Shown here: positions 7,790 to 16,515 of the stretch, in pieces | How the letters are laid out: each line of letters opens with the position of its first letter | How positions within the stretch are numbered: the first letter of the stretch is position 1 | NCBI GenBank assembly: GCA_964366535.1 | Contig: CAYIUC010000004.1 | Span: 1-40,394, forward strand | Direction: 5' to 3' | Source: an uncultured Candidatus Saccharibacteria bacterium | Lineage (GTDB): Bacteria; Patescibacteriota; Minisyncoccia; Phycocordibacterales; UBA10002 | DNA length: 40,394 nt | Made by a program: the position numbers and the translations under genes | Notes under the pieces: model-generated | The model's input: the letters and a program-made list of their open reading frames with translations, nothing else | Told to the model about the DNA's origin: nothing | The model's database searches: none

Positions 7790-8134
7790 CTATGCGCGTT
7801 CGTAACGCACGAAGGGGCCAGAAGCGCCAACCTGGCGCAAAGCACCTTCTTTTTCCAATTCGTCCAGCACTCGCGTAGCGGTCGCATCCGACACGCCGAG
7901 CAATCGCTCTACATCGGCGTTCGTTGCTTCCCCTCGCTCGCGCACAAGCGCGAACACTTTCTCTTTATTCTCCCGCTTCTCCCTCGCCTGCCGCTCTATT
8001 AGCGCCTCTGGTTTTTGTATCCCCTCCTCAGTTGAGGAGGGGTGCCCGAAGGGCGGGGTGGTGGTGTCCGTGTTTCTCTTCCCCACCCACCACCCCACTA
8101 CCGCTCCGAGTAAAAATATAAAAAGGGTTTGCAT
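7790..8134 (-). CDS. Small membrane-anchored winged-helix (DeoR/HTH-like) protein
   Basis: N-terminal TM (LFIFLLGAVVGWWVG); C-terminal HTH 'ATNADVERLLGVSDATATRVLDELEKEG..RQVG..G..VRY'. Confidence 0.75.
   Translation of the reverse strand: MQTLFIFLLGAVVGWWVGKRNTDTTTPPFGHPSSTEEGIQKPEALIERQAREKRENKEKVFALVRERGEATNADVERLLGVSDATATRVLDELEKEGALRQVGASGPFVRYERA
8021..8062. repeat. REP-like double-hairpin palindrome inside the wHTH CDS
   Basis: CCCCTCCTCA-GT-TGAGGAGGGG followed by GCCC-GAA-GGGC and GGGGTGGT; translated in frame as TTPPFGHPSSTEEG. Confidence 0.7.
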
Positions 8135-8143
8135 AGAATTTTA

Positions 8144-8518
8144 TTAGATTGCGACTTTCACACTGAAATAATTAATAACTAAGGAAGCAAGAATGGAGAT
8201 GAAAATTGGCACTAAAATACTCCAAAAAAACTTATTGCGAACAGGATCCAATTTACCGAACCATAATCGGATAACTTCTTCCCATTGTTTTATCTGTTCA
8301 TCCACAATTTCAATTTGACGTTGGTCGTTTGTAACATACCATGGGTTTCTTATCATTTCAGTCTTTTGTTTCCTTAGTTCAATAATCATAACATGAGCTT
8401 TTTCAATTGTCCTTTTTGCGTGACCTGGAATATAAGTCACGAAATCCCGACTTTTAATTCTACCGAACAAATATGCCTTAAATAACATCAACACCACTAC
8501 GATTTTAGATTCTTTCAT
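8144..8518 (-). CDS. AT-rich hypothetical protein with C-terminal transmembrane helix
   Basis: 124 aa ORF, about 30% GC in a hand-counted 60-nt line (8161-8220), clearly lower than its neighbours; TM 'FFWSILVPIFISILASLVINYF'; AAAGG SD-like motif. Confidence 0.6.
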   Translation of the reverse strand: MKESKIVVVLMLFKAYLFGRIKSRDFVTYIPGHAKRTIEKAHVMIIELRKQKTEMIRNPWYVTNDQRQIEIVDEQIKQWEEVIRLWFGKLDPVRNKFFWSILVPIFISILASLVINYFSVKVAI

Positions 8519-8583
8519 AATTCAATACCTTTTCTTTTTATATTTTTTATTCTAGCCAACTTCTGATTTATTTCAACCCGTCT

Positions 8584-8607
8584 CGTTGAGCCGAAGGATG
8601 AGCCGAT
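8584..8607. repeat. 24-bp direct repeat, copy 2
   Basis: Identical to 7704-7727, 880 bp apart. Confidence 0.9.
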
Positions 8608-8621
8608 GGGAAATTGCGGAT

Positions 8622-10406
8622 TTAGGAGGCGGAGGCGGCGCGGAGGGCGCGGGAGAGATAGGAGTCGGGATTTTTTTGGAGTTCTGCGGGGCTTCCCTCT
8701 TCAACCACTTTTCCGTTTTCAAGCGCAATGATTTTGTCGGCATCCAAAACGGTAGTCAGGCGGTGCGCGATTATTAGCACCGTCACTTCTCCGCGCAAAG
8801 ACGCAAGCGTGTCTTTAATACTCCGTTCCGACTCGGCATCAAGAGCGCTTGTCGCCTCGTCTAGCACGAGCACGGCGGGTTTGCGCGCGAGCGCGCGCGC
8901 GAGAGCGATGCGCTGGCGCTCGCCGCCAGAAAAACGCGTACCTCGCTCGCCAACCACAGTGCGCAAACCCTTTTGGAGCGACCCCACCAATTCTCCTATA
9001 TGCGCCTTTTCGCACGCCGCGAGAATATCCGCATCCGTGATTGAAGAATCGTAGAAACGAATATTCTCCGCAAGCGTATCGTTTCGTAGAAACGCTTCTT
9101 GAGGAACATATATAACGCGGCGGCGCCACGCTCCCGCCGAAATAGTCCGCGCGTCTACACCGTCCAACATAATGCGCCCGCTAGTTGGCGTAAGTAGCCC
9201 GAGTAGCAAGTCCACCAGGGTCGTTTTGCCCGCACCGGACGGACCTACAATGCCGACTATTTCTCCGCGGCGCACGCGAAACGAAACACCGGTAAGCGCC
9301 TCGCGCGCGCCGTCGTAGCTAAACGAAAGCTCATCTGCAGCAAGCTCGCGCGAAAACGCAAACGGCAAGTTGCCTCCGGACGGCGCTGTGTGCGCGCGAA
9401 TATCGCGTAGCGCGCCGACCACCTCTTCCGCCGATGATAGCGACTCAAGCACGACCACAATTCCCGACTGCATGTTGTTTATATTGCCGAAAATACGGCT
9501 CACCATATACACGATTGCGATAAACGATACAAGGTCAAAAGGAAGATAGAGATAAGAAACCGCAAACACGCACAAAATGAATAGTACCGACACTGGCTCA
9601 AACGAAAGCTTGGTGACAAGCTTCACAAAGTACTTGCGAAACTCAGCGCGCTCCACGGCTTGGAAGATTGGCCTAGACGCGCTGGCGACCTCTCGCTCTA
9701 CGCCGAGCGCCTTCACGGTTTTAATGCCTATAAGCGTCTCTGCGAGCCCGTGCGAGATCCCCTTGCCAAGCGTGATGAGCGCGCGCGTGTCGCGACGAAT
9801 CTTCCGCATAAGCGGCAATACTCCGATAATTAATCCCGTACCAAGAAGAATTGTCAGAACTGTAATCTGCCATGAAAGCGCAAACGCAACCGCTAGGTAC
9901 ATAAGTGAACTTCCGACAGAAAGTACGAGCCCGATGCAATCGTCAAAAAGGCGCGCCGACTGCTTCGCCTCAAACATAACAATGTGGTTAAGGTGCCCCG
10001 TCTTTTGCGCGCGCAAGTAAGAGAAGCTTGTGCCGAGAAATGCTTCGTAGAGACGGCGGCGCAAGGCGAGTTTGTACTGCGCTATCGTGCGCCCGCGCAT
10101 ATATCCCGACACGAACAATACGAGCGTTTTCAATAAAAAAGCGATTAATGTAAACACAAGTAGCGTTTGAAACGAAAAAGGAATTCGGATAAACGAGAGC
10201 GCGGAGGAAATGGCGGATACTGCAAAATTGGAACCAACCTCGCCTCCCTTTAGGAAGACGGTAAAAAGCGGCACAAGCAAGCTTACAGATACACCGTCTA
10301 GAAAACCGCTCATAAGGCCTAGCACCGCTAGCCCAGATAGGCGCGTGCGGTAGCCCGCAAAAAGCGTTTTGAAAATATACCAAAAGCGACTGATGCGTTT
10401 TTTCAT
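8622..10406 (-). CDS. ABC transporter, fused TMD-NBD (MsbA/PglK-like glycan flippase/exporter)
   Basis: Multi-TM N-terminal domain, Walker A GPSGAGKT, Q-loop YVPQE, signature FSGGERQR, Walker B LVLDEATSALD, H-loop IAHRL. Confidence 0.92.
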   Translation of the reverse strand: MKKRISRFWYIFKTLFAGYRTRLSGLAVLGLMSGFLDGVSVSLLVPLFTVFLKGGEVGSNFAVSAISSALSFIRIPFSFQTLLVFTLIAFLLKTLVLFVSGYMRGRTIAQYKLALRRRLYEAFLGTSFSYLRAQKTGHLNHIVMFEAKQSARLFDDCIGLVLSVGSSLMYLAVAFALSWQITVLTILLGTGLIIGVLPLMRKIRRDTRALITLGKGISHGLAETLIGIKTVKALGVEREVASASRPIFQAVERAEFRKYFVKLVTKLSFEPVSVLFILCVFAVSYLYLPFDLVSFIAIVYMVSRIFGNINNMQSGIVVVLESLSSAEEVVGALRDIRAHTAPSGGNLPFAFSRELAADELSFSYDGAREALTGVSFRVRRGEIVGIVGPSGAGKTTLVDLLLGLLTPTSGRIMLDGVDARTISAGAWRRRVIYVPQEAFLRNDTLAENIRFYDSSITDADILAACEKAHIGELVGSLQKGLRTVVGERGTRFSGGERQRIALARALARKPAVLVLDEATSALDAESERSIKDTLASLRGEVTVLIIAHRLTTVLDADKIIALENGKVVEEGSPAELQKNPDSYLSRALRAASAS

Positions 10407-11587
10407 ATAGTTGATTTTTGCGCGCGGCGCTTCATAAGATCCGCAAAGGCGTCATATACTGCATCAACGGAGATTGCGCGCGCCGCCGCGCGGCGCGCGC
10501 TTTCTTGACCCGGGCGTTTTATAACAAACGAAGACGGAGCGTGCGGAGGCGGCGGAAGCACTTGGATGCTTTTCTCATCTTTCGGAGGCTGTTCGTTTGG
10601 CTCAACGGGACCGATAATGTCTACGAGCGGAATGCCTAGCGCGTGCGCGATGTAGATTGAACCTGTATCTACTGCAACAAATAAATGCAATCGTTTTATA
10701 AGCGACGGCAATTCTTCAAGAGTAAACTCTGTCGCCGCGACGGCGCTTGAGCCATGCGCCATCATAGATATAACACGCGTCACTATGTCAATATTTCGCT
10801 CGCTGTCTATAAATACAACGCGCGCGTTGTTTTGTACGACCATTCTGTCCGCAAGTTCTGCGAACCGTTCTAATGGCCATTCCTTAACGCGATTGCCTGC
10901 TGTAACGGTGATCCCAACCACAAGGGGCGTGTCGTGAAGCGCGTGCGTGCGCAAAAACGCATCTGCATGGCGCTCGCCTTCTTTTTTAACAAATACCTCT
11001 TTAATTGGAGACGAAAAAGGAACGCCGAGCATGGCGAGCAAGTGTACATAGTGCGCCTGTAGAAACGAGCCGTGTTCATAATTAACGCGCGATGTGTTCC
11101 ACCAATCGGTAAGTTTTTCCGCTAGCGTACGCTCGCTCACAGTCGTTTTTATACGCACTGGAGCGGCGCTCGCAAGCGTTGCAAGATTTCCGAAAGGATT
11201 GTTCGCAAGCGCGACGCACGCATCAAATCTTTGCTGATACAGAAACCAGAATAGCCGCCCGCGACCCAATACTCCCTTGAATGGCGGATTGTTCATAACA
11301 ATCAACTCGTCTATGCGCGGGTTGTTACGGATAATTCCCGCTGCATTCTTAGCGGCGAGCACCGACAAACGACATTTTGGATATTGGAGCTTTAGAGCGC
11401 GAAACACAGTTGTTGCGCACACAAGATCGCCGACTCGCGTCATAATTGGAATTACGAGAACGCGCGCCCCGCCTGTGCCACCGCGCGCCGCGTGTTTGCG
11501 CAGACGCGCTACACTCATAAGCACCGGAGACAACGCAACCCCGAGCAATGCGTAGACAATAAATCGCCATCGTTCTCCCAAAAGCAT
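10403..11587 (-). CDS. Glycosyltransferase family 9 (heptosyltransferase-like)
   Basis: 'RVGDLV...FRALK', 'KEWPLERFAEL', 'VDTGSIYIAHALG' GT9 motifs. Confidence 0.85.
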   Translation of the reverse strand: MLLGERWRFIVYALLGVALSPVLMSVARLRKHAARGGTGGARVLVIPIMTRVGDLVCATTVFRALKLQYPKCRLSVLAAKNAAGIIRNNPRIDELIVMNNPPFKGVLGRGRLFWFLYQQRFDACVALANNPFGNLATLASAAPVRIKTTVSERTLAEKLTDWWNTSRVNYEHGSFLQAHYVHLLAMLGVPFSSPIKEVFVKKEGERHADAFLRTHALHDTPLVVGITVTAGNRVKEWPLERFAELADRMVVQNNARVVFIDSERNIDIVTRVISMMAHGSSAVAATEFTLEELPSLIKRLHLFVAVDTGSIYIAHALGIPLVDIIGPVEPNEQPPKDEKSIQVLPPPPHAPSSFVIKRPGQESARRAAARAISVDAVYDAFADLMKRRAQKSTI

Positions 11588-11596
11588 AGTATTTTT

Positions 11597-13372
11597 TTAT
11601 TTCTTCTCTGCAATCCAATTGCCAATAACAAGCGCATCCATTCCAGTATTTAGAAAGCAACGAAGCGCGTCTTCCGGCGTTTCTACAATCGGCTCGCCGG
11701 CATCATTAAAAGAAGTGTTCAAGACGAGCGGCACACCTGTTTCTTTCTCAAATGCCTGTAACATTTCGTAATACGGAGCATTTTGTTCGCGCGTGACCGA
11801 CTGGATTCGGCATGAGCCGTCCACATGTACAATAGACGGCACGAGTTTGCGTTTTTCCAGAACGACCTGTGCAGCAAGAAGCATAAATGGACTCAGGTGC
11901 TTGAGCTCAAACCATTCTCGCTGTTTCTCTGCAAGTATAGACGCGGCAAAAGGCCGCCACGGCTCGCGATGCTTCACTTTCTTGTTTATAATGTTCGCCA
12001 TTTCTGGATTGCGAGCATCGCCAAAAATAGAGCGATTTCCAAGCGCGCGCGGACCATATTCGCTTCCACCTTGGAACCACCCAGTTACCTTACCTGCCGC
12101 TACAAGCCGCGCCGCCTCTGAAGATGGACTTGATGAATGATGAAATGCTATTTTTTCTTGAAACTTATTCAAAGCCAGAGAAACTTCAGCATCGGTGTAA
12201 ACGCGCCCGAGCGACGCACTCTTCATCTCCCAGAAACGCGGCATACCAAGTAACATATGTGCGCCCCACAATGCACACCCAAGCGGGATGCCGGCATCCG
12301 ACGCGGCGGGCTGAACGAACAGGTGTTTAAAACCTGCGTCATCCAAGAAACGCTTGTTCGTATCAATATTCAACCCGCCTCCGCCGGCGACCACCAAGTT
12401 GTCGGAGTCGGTGATTTCTTTTAATTGTCTCGCGAGAAGTAATACTGCTTCTTCAAAAACAATCTGTGTAGCGCGAGCAACCGATGCGTAATAACGGTCT
12501 GGAAGCGGCTCGTCCACGCGCGCTGGATGTGAAAATACTAGCGGTGAAAATAATCTTGGACGGAAAACAGTATCAAGACCGAGAGGTGAGAGATAATTAA
12601 ATATATTTAGATTTAATTTTTCAAAAAATGCGCGCACTGCTGTTACAAGCCACTTCTCGCGCTTTTTGCGCAGTATACCGCCTGCAAACTGGAATTGCGC
12701 GTTGCAGATAGCATGGCCGTTCATTTCTTTAAGCCATCGCGACATCGGGAACAATTCCAAAAACGATCGGTCGCCATACGGCGCAAGTCCCATCATTTTG
12801 CCTTCATTGTACTGCCCCATATTCAAATATGATTCGGAGACAAGCGAGTACATTTTTGCAGGACCAAAAGTAAACGGGAAAATGGACTTGCGGCGTACAT
12901 GCATCGTTTTACGCACCTCGGTAATACCCCCTGCTCGACCGCGATATAGTGTCTCCGTCTCAGTCGCAAGAACGCCCAAATGCGTTTGTATCTTTTCTCC
13001 TGCTCCATCTACCACCAAAATCGCCGCTTCGGTAAATGGAGAACAGAAAAAAGCAGAAGCGGCATGCGCATCGTGATGGTTTATTACTTCCATCCTTGCG
13101 CGTCGAAACCGCTCACCTGTGTTTTGGAGAAAAATCGCACGCATATCCTTAAAATCACGATTGCCAGTTTGGTCAATAACCACAAGGTCTATATCTGCAG
13201 CCGAAATGTTTGCGCTCGTTAAACAGTAATCAATCGCTCTGGACGGGAAAATACTCGGCGAGTGTTTAACACGGCAGAGCCGTTCTTCGGAGATTGCAAA
13301 GACATGCTCCCCCGCTATGAGCGCGGCGCCGGTGTCATGTGCAGTTACTTTTAAACCGAGGATATTTGCCAT
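11597..13372 (-). CDS. O-carbamoyltransferase, NodU/CmcH family
   Basis: HDTGAAL, EERL.R.KH, HHDAHAASAF, DGAGE, EGKMMGLAPYG, GPRALGNRS, KHREPWRPFA, LNTSFN. Confidence 0.93.
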   Translation of the reverse strand: MANILGLKVTAHDTGAALIAGEHVFAISEERLCRVKHSPSIFPSRAIDYCLTSANISAADIDLVVIDQTGNRDFKDMRAIFLQNTGERFRRARMEVINHHDAHAASAFFCSPFTEAAILVVDGAGEKIQTHLGVLATETETLYRGRAGGITEVRKTMHVRRKSIFPFTFGPAKMYSLVSESYLNMGQYNEGKMMGLAPYGDRSFLELFPMSRWLKEMNGHAICNAQFQFAGGILRKKREKWLVTAVRAFFEKLNLNIFNYLSPLGLDTVFRPRLFSPLVFSHPARVDEPLPDRYYASVARATQIVFEEAVLLLARQLKEITDSDNLVVAGGGGLNIDTNKRFLDDAGFKHLFVQPAASDAGIPLGCALWGAHMLLGMPRFWEMKSASLGRVYTDAEVSLALNKFQEKIAFHHSSSPSSEAARLVAAGKVTGWFQGGSEYGPRALGNRSIFGDARNPEMANIINKKVKHREPWRPFAASILAEKQREWFELKHLSPFMLLAAQVVLEKRKLVPSIVHVDGSCRIQSVTREQNAPYYEMLQAFEKETGVPLVLNTSFNDAGEPIVETPEDALRCFLNTGMDALVIGNWIAEKK

Positions 13373-13391
13373 AATTAATTACAGGTACGCT

Positions 13392-14720
13392 CTACTTCAT
13401 TAATGCTTCGAGTATAACACGGAGCAAGCGTTCGCTTGATTTTTGGTCCAAGCGGTATGCTTGCTGTTCGGCAACGGCATTGCGCGTTGCGCGGTCGGAA
13501 TCCGGCTGTGCCAGATATTTCCCCAATGTTCGGCGAAGACCTTCCTCACTGTGCGCCACGGGTATTCCACCGACAATTAGCGGTTGCATATGATCGAGTT
13601 CGTGCAGCCGTGCAACGCTTTCCCAATAGGGCTTCTCGGTCGGGTCAAACCCGATAAGTATAACTGGCTTTTGGAGTACGAGCGCATCAACTGCAATGCT
13701 TGAGAATACTGTGAGTACCACATCGCTCGCGCAGATTGTTTCAACCAGATGTCGATCGTCATTTGCAGACAATTCCGCAGTTTTAAGCGCCGCCACGGAA
13801 GTACCAAGCGCTGTACCTGGCCGTTCCACAATCACATTTGCTGGAAGCGTGCCAAGCGACACCGTGTCTGTGGGCGGCAAACGCACCAAGATGATATGAG
13901 TGTCGGGAATATTCTGAGCCAATAGGCGAATCATCGCATCATCAAATCCTTTGCCGAGTTCGCCTTCTCCAACTTTTATAATTCTATCGCCGAGCGGCGC
14001 ATAGAGAACGCAGCGCTTTCCGCGTGAATTTAACTCCTTTTGCACGCTGTTTCTCAATTTGCATATATAGCGATCATAGTGCGGGACACCTACGACACGA
14101 ATGATTTGTTCTGGAATTCGATGAATCAAAACCGCCTCTTTTTTTATAACTTCGTTATTCACGACAAGTATATCGGGCACAACGCGAAATCCGCCCTTTG
14201 TCGTAAGGTTGTCCCACGAACGCACCATACCGATTGTGCGCACGCCGCGGCATTTCGCCTCATGCGCGATGCGGCAATCTGCAGAGCCAAAGATATCTGC
14301 AGTAAAAACAAGCGACGGATGATAGGTCTTAAATATATCTGCGTACGCATGCCTCGGCATAAGTAGCCAGTATACGAACGGAATAAAAGGACGCGCTGCG
14401 CGCGCAAAAGGCGACAGTATGCGGATAATCCATTCGCGCTCAAAACCAAGACGCATTTTGCGCATAATGTAGAGTGAACGAGTACGCACCGCCGAAATTG
14501 CGATGTCTTTAAAAAGAGCGTCTAACCGGCGAATTCGCCCTGGCACACCAACAATGACTACATTTGCCGCGCCATATTCTCTTTGCAAAAAATCTCTCTT
14601 TTTTTCTGGACACACAATTACTATGCGTAAACCAGATCGTTCTTTCAGTTCATTAAAAAACGGCGCGGCAAAAAGATTGCGCGAGACGAAAGGGTGGAAA
14701 CAAGTAATCATGACGGTCAT
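13392..14720 (-). CDS. GT-B fold transferase, TagF-like ('WD-motif' paralogue 2)
   Basis: 'RSWDNLTTKG', 'VVGVPHYD', 'VRLPP', 'SSIAVDA', 'YRLDQKSSER'. Start at ATG 14720, ATGA-coupled to the upstream gene. Confidence 0.7.
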   Translation of the reverse strand: MTVMITCFHPFVSRNLFAAPFFNELKERSGLRIVIVCPEKKRDFLQREYGAANVVIVGVPGRIRRLDALFKDIAISAVRTRSLYIMRKMRLGFEREWIIRILSPFARAARPFIPFVYWLLMPRHAYADIFKTYHPSLVFTADIFGSADCRIAHEAKCRGVRTIGMVRSWDNLTTKGGFRVVPDILVVNNEVIKKEAVLIHRIPEQIIRVVGVPHYDRYICKLRNSVQKELNSRGKRCVLYAPLGDRIIKVGEGELGKGFDDAMIRLLAQNIPDTHIILVRLPPTDTVSLGTLPANVIVERPGTALGTSVAALKTAELSANDDRHLVETICASDVVLTVFSSIAVDALVLQKPVILIGFDPTEKPYWESVARLHELDHMQPLIVGGIPVAHSEEGLRRTLGKYLAQPDSDRATRNAVAEQQAYRLDQKSSERLLRVILEALMK

Positions 14721-15376
14721 AGTGGTTTTGGTTTCTGAAATATAAAATATGCTGTCTGTCCGAATAATTTCGAATGTTTTAGAAAACGCTTTGTAAACGG
14801 TATTCTGAAATGTTTTGAACGAAACGGAAACTCGTACCCCCAAAAACCGCTTGCGACTGGCGTAAAAGATGTAAAAATCTTTTGCAAGGTCGTGTGTGTA
14901 AAAGGAGTGAGGTGTGAGTTGTTATGATGATACCGCGGCATTTCTCCTGAAAATAAGAACTGCAACCGGCTCCTTAGGTTAAAGACATTTGGTATGGACA
15001 CAAAAAGGATCCCCCCATCTTTCAAAACGCGCGCGGCTTCGCGTGCAAAATGGAATGGATTTTCCAAATGCTCCAATACATTCCACAAAGTTACCGCATC
15101 ATATACGCGGTCTTGAAAAAGCCATGCAGAATTTAGATCTTGCGCGACAAAAGATCCGACGCGTGTGCGTGCTTGCTCCGACAAAAAATTCTTTCCGTCG
15201 ACAGCATCCACCGCAAAACGCAGTGGCAGTGTGTCAATAAAGAAACCATTGCCGCTACCAACATCAAGTAGATGCGGCGTAGTAATGCTTGACGGGGTAA
15301 ATCGCTCCACGAGTCGTGACGCCTTTCCTCGATGCGTTATGGTACTACCCTCTTTTATACTCCAATCTTCTTTCAT
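14717..15376 (-). CDS. Class I SAM-dependent methyltransferase
   Basis: LLDVGSGNG, 'YDAVTLWNVLEHL', 'RVLKDGG', 'SIPN'. Confidence 0.85.
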   Translation of the reverse strand: MKEDWSIKEGSTITHRGKASRLVERFTPSSITTPHLLDVGSGNGFFIDTLPLRFAVDAVDGKNFLSEQARTRVGSFVAQDLNSAWLFQDRVYDAVTLWNVLEHLENPFHFAREAARVLKDGGILFVSIPNVFNLRSRLQFLFSGEMPRYHHNNSHLTPFTHTTLQKIFTSFTPVASGFWGYEFPFRSKHFRIPFTKRFLKHSKLFGQTAYFIFQKPKPL

Positions 15377-16515
15377 GATTTTTTTATTGCATGTCTGTAT
15401 AAAGCAAGCATTGCGTCAGTATATTTCTCCCATGAAATCTCACGCTCCACAAATGCACGCCCATCATTCGACAGGCGCGCGTAAAGCGCCCTGTCTCGTA
15501 AGAGCGCAGCTAGACAATTGGCGATACTTTCAGCAGAACACGGATGTGAAAGCAATGCGTTTGACTTGTCAGTAAGCACTTCTGAGGCGCCGGCGCTCTG
15601 CGACACTACGACAGGCAGTCCGCTCGCCATTGCTTCAAACACCGCAAGCCCCCAAGTTTGTAAGTGACTCGGAAACAAGAAAATATCTGCATTTCTGTAT
15701 CGCTCCACCAGTCCGGCCTCGTTTGCTGCACCAACAAAAACCACACGATCAGAAATCTCAAGCTCTGTGGCTTTATGTTGTAGTTCTTGATAATAAATGC
15801 GTGCATCTTTTTTATGTGTGTAAGAACCACTGATGGTCAGATCAACATCAAAGCCATCTCTTATGAGCCGCGCCAAAGCTTCAATCGCATCCTCAAATCG
15901 GCGATGTCTATAAAAAAGCGCGTGACAGAGTATGTGCACTATTCTTCCTTGCGGCAATGTACGAGCGTAAAAAGGAAATCTGCTTACATCCAAACCGCTA
16001 CGCACCACCGTGCTTTCTAAACCGAGATAATGTGCAATCTTCTCTTGCGTCCCGCGATTGAGTACGGCAACCGCATCGGCACCACCTACGAAGAATCGCT
16101 TCTTTGCATATTGATCCTTACACCACTGCACCGCGCGTCGCATAGGAGAAAAATGCTTACCGCTGTACTCGCGCATGAGCGACCATTGTGCAATATATAA
16201 ATCATTTATCATAAGTACAGAGGGAATGCGCCGAATATTTCTGCGGAAGTACGCGGCGACCTTGAGCGGCGCTTGTTCGTGCGGATTGAGCAGGTCTGTA
16301 TCTGGCGCAATTGCTCGCGCAAGTAAGTGTACTTTCGGCGCTGTAACGACGGCCATACCACGCAAAAGTTCTGGGTAACAGGTAGACGCGTTATAAGAAA
16401 AAGTGTATAGAGTCGCTTGATGTCCGCGCAATATTAGTTCGCGTGCAAGCATTATCGCTTGTCGCTCTGTGCCTCCAGACACTACCAATTGATGCACTAT
16501 GATTGCTATTTTCAT
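15373..16515 (-). CDS. Glycosyltransferase family 4
   Basis: 'GGTERQ', 'DIFLFPS..QTWGLAVFEAMASGLPVV', 'SWEKY'. Confidence 0.9.
   Translation of the reverse strand: MKIAIIVHQLVVSGGTERQAIMLARELILRGHQATLYTFSYNASTCYPELLRGMAVVTAPKVHLLARAIAPDTDLLNPHEQAPLKVAAYFRRNIRRIPSVLMINDLYIAQWSLMREYSGKHFSPMRRAVQWCKDQYAKKRFFVGGADAVAVLNRGTQEKIAHYLGLESTVVRSGLDVSRFPFYARTLPQGRIVHILCHALFYRHRRFEDAIEALARLIRDGFDVDLTISGSYTHKKDARIYYQELQHKATELEISDRVVFVGAANEAGLVERYRNADIFLFPSHLQTWGLAVFEAMASGLPVVVSQSAGASEVLTDKSNALLSHPCSAESIANCLAALLRDRALYARLSNDGRAFVEREISWEKYTDAMLALYRHAIKKS

Noticed and set aside
7704-8607. 24-bp repeats as a CRISPR array
   Set aside because: Only two copies, 880 bp apart with genes between them; no cas genes.
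10599-10610. 12-bp inverted match (GGCTCAACGGGA) to 7701-7712
   Set aside because: Short, inside the GT9 coding sequence, and compatible with chance in 40 kb.
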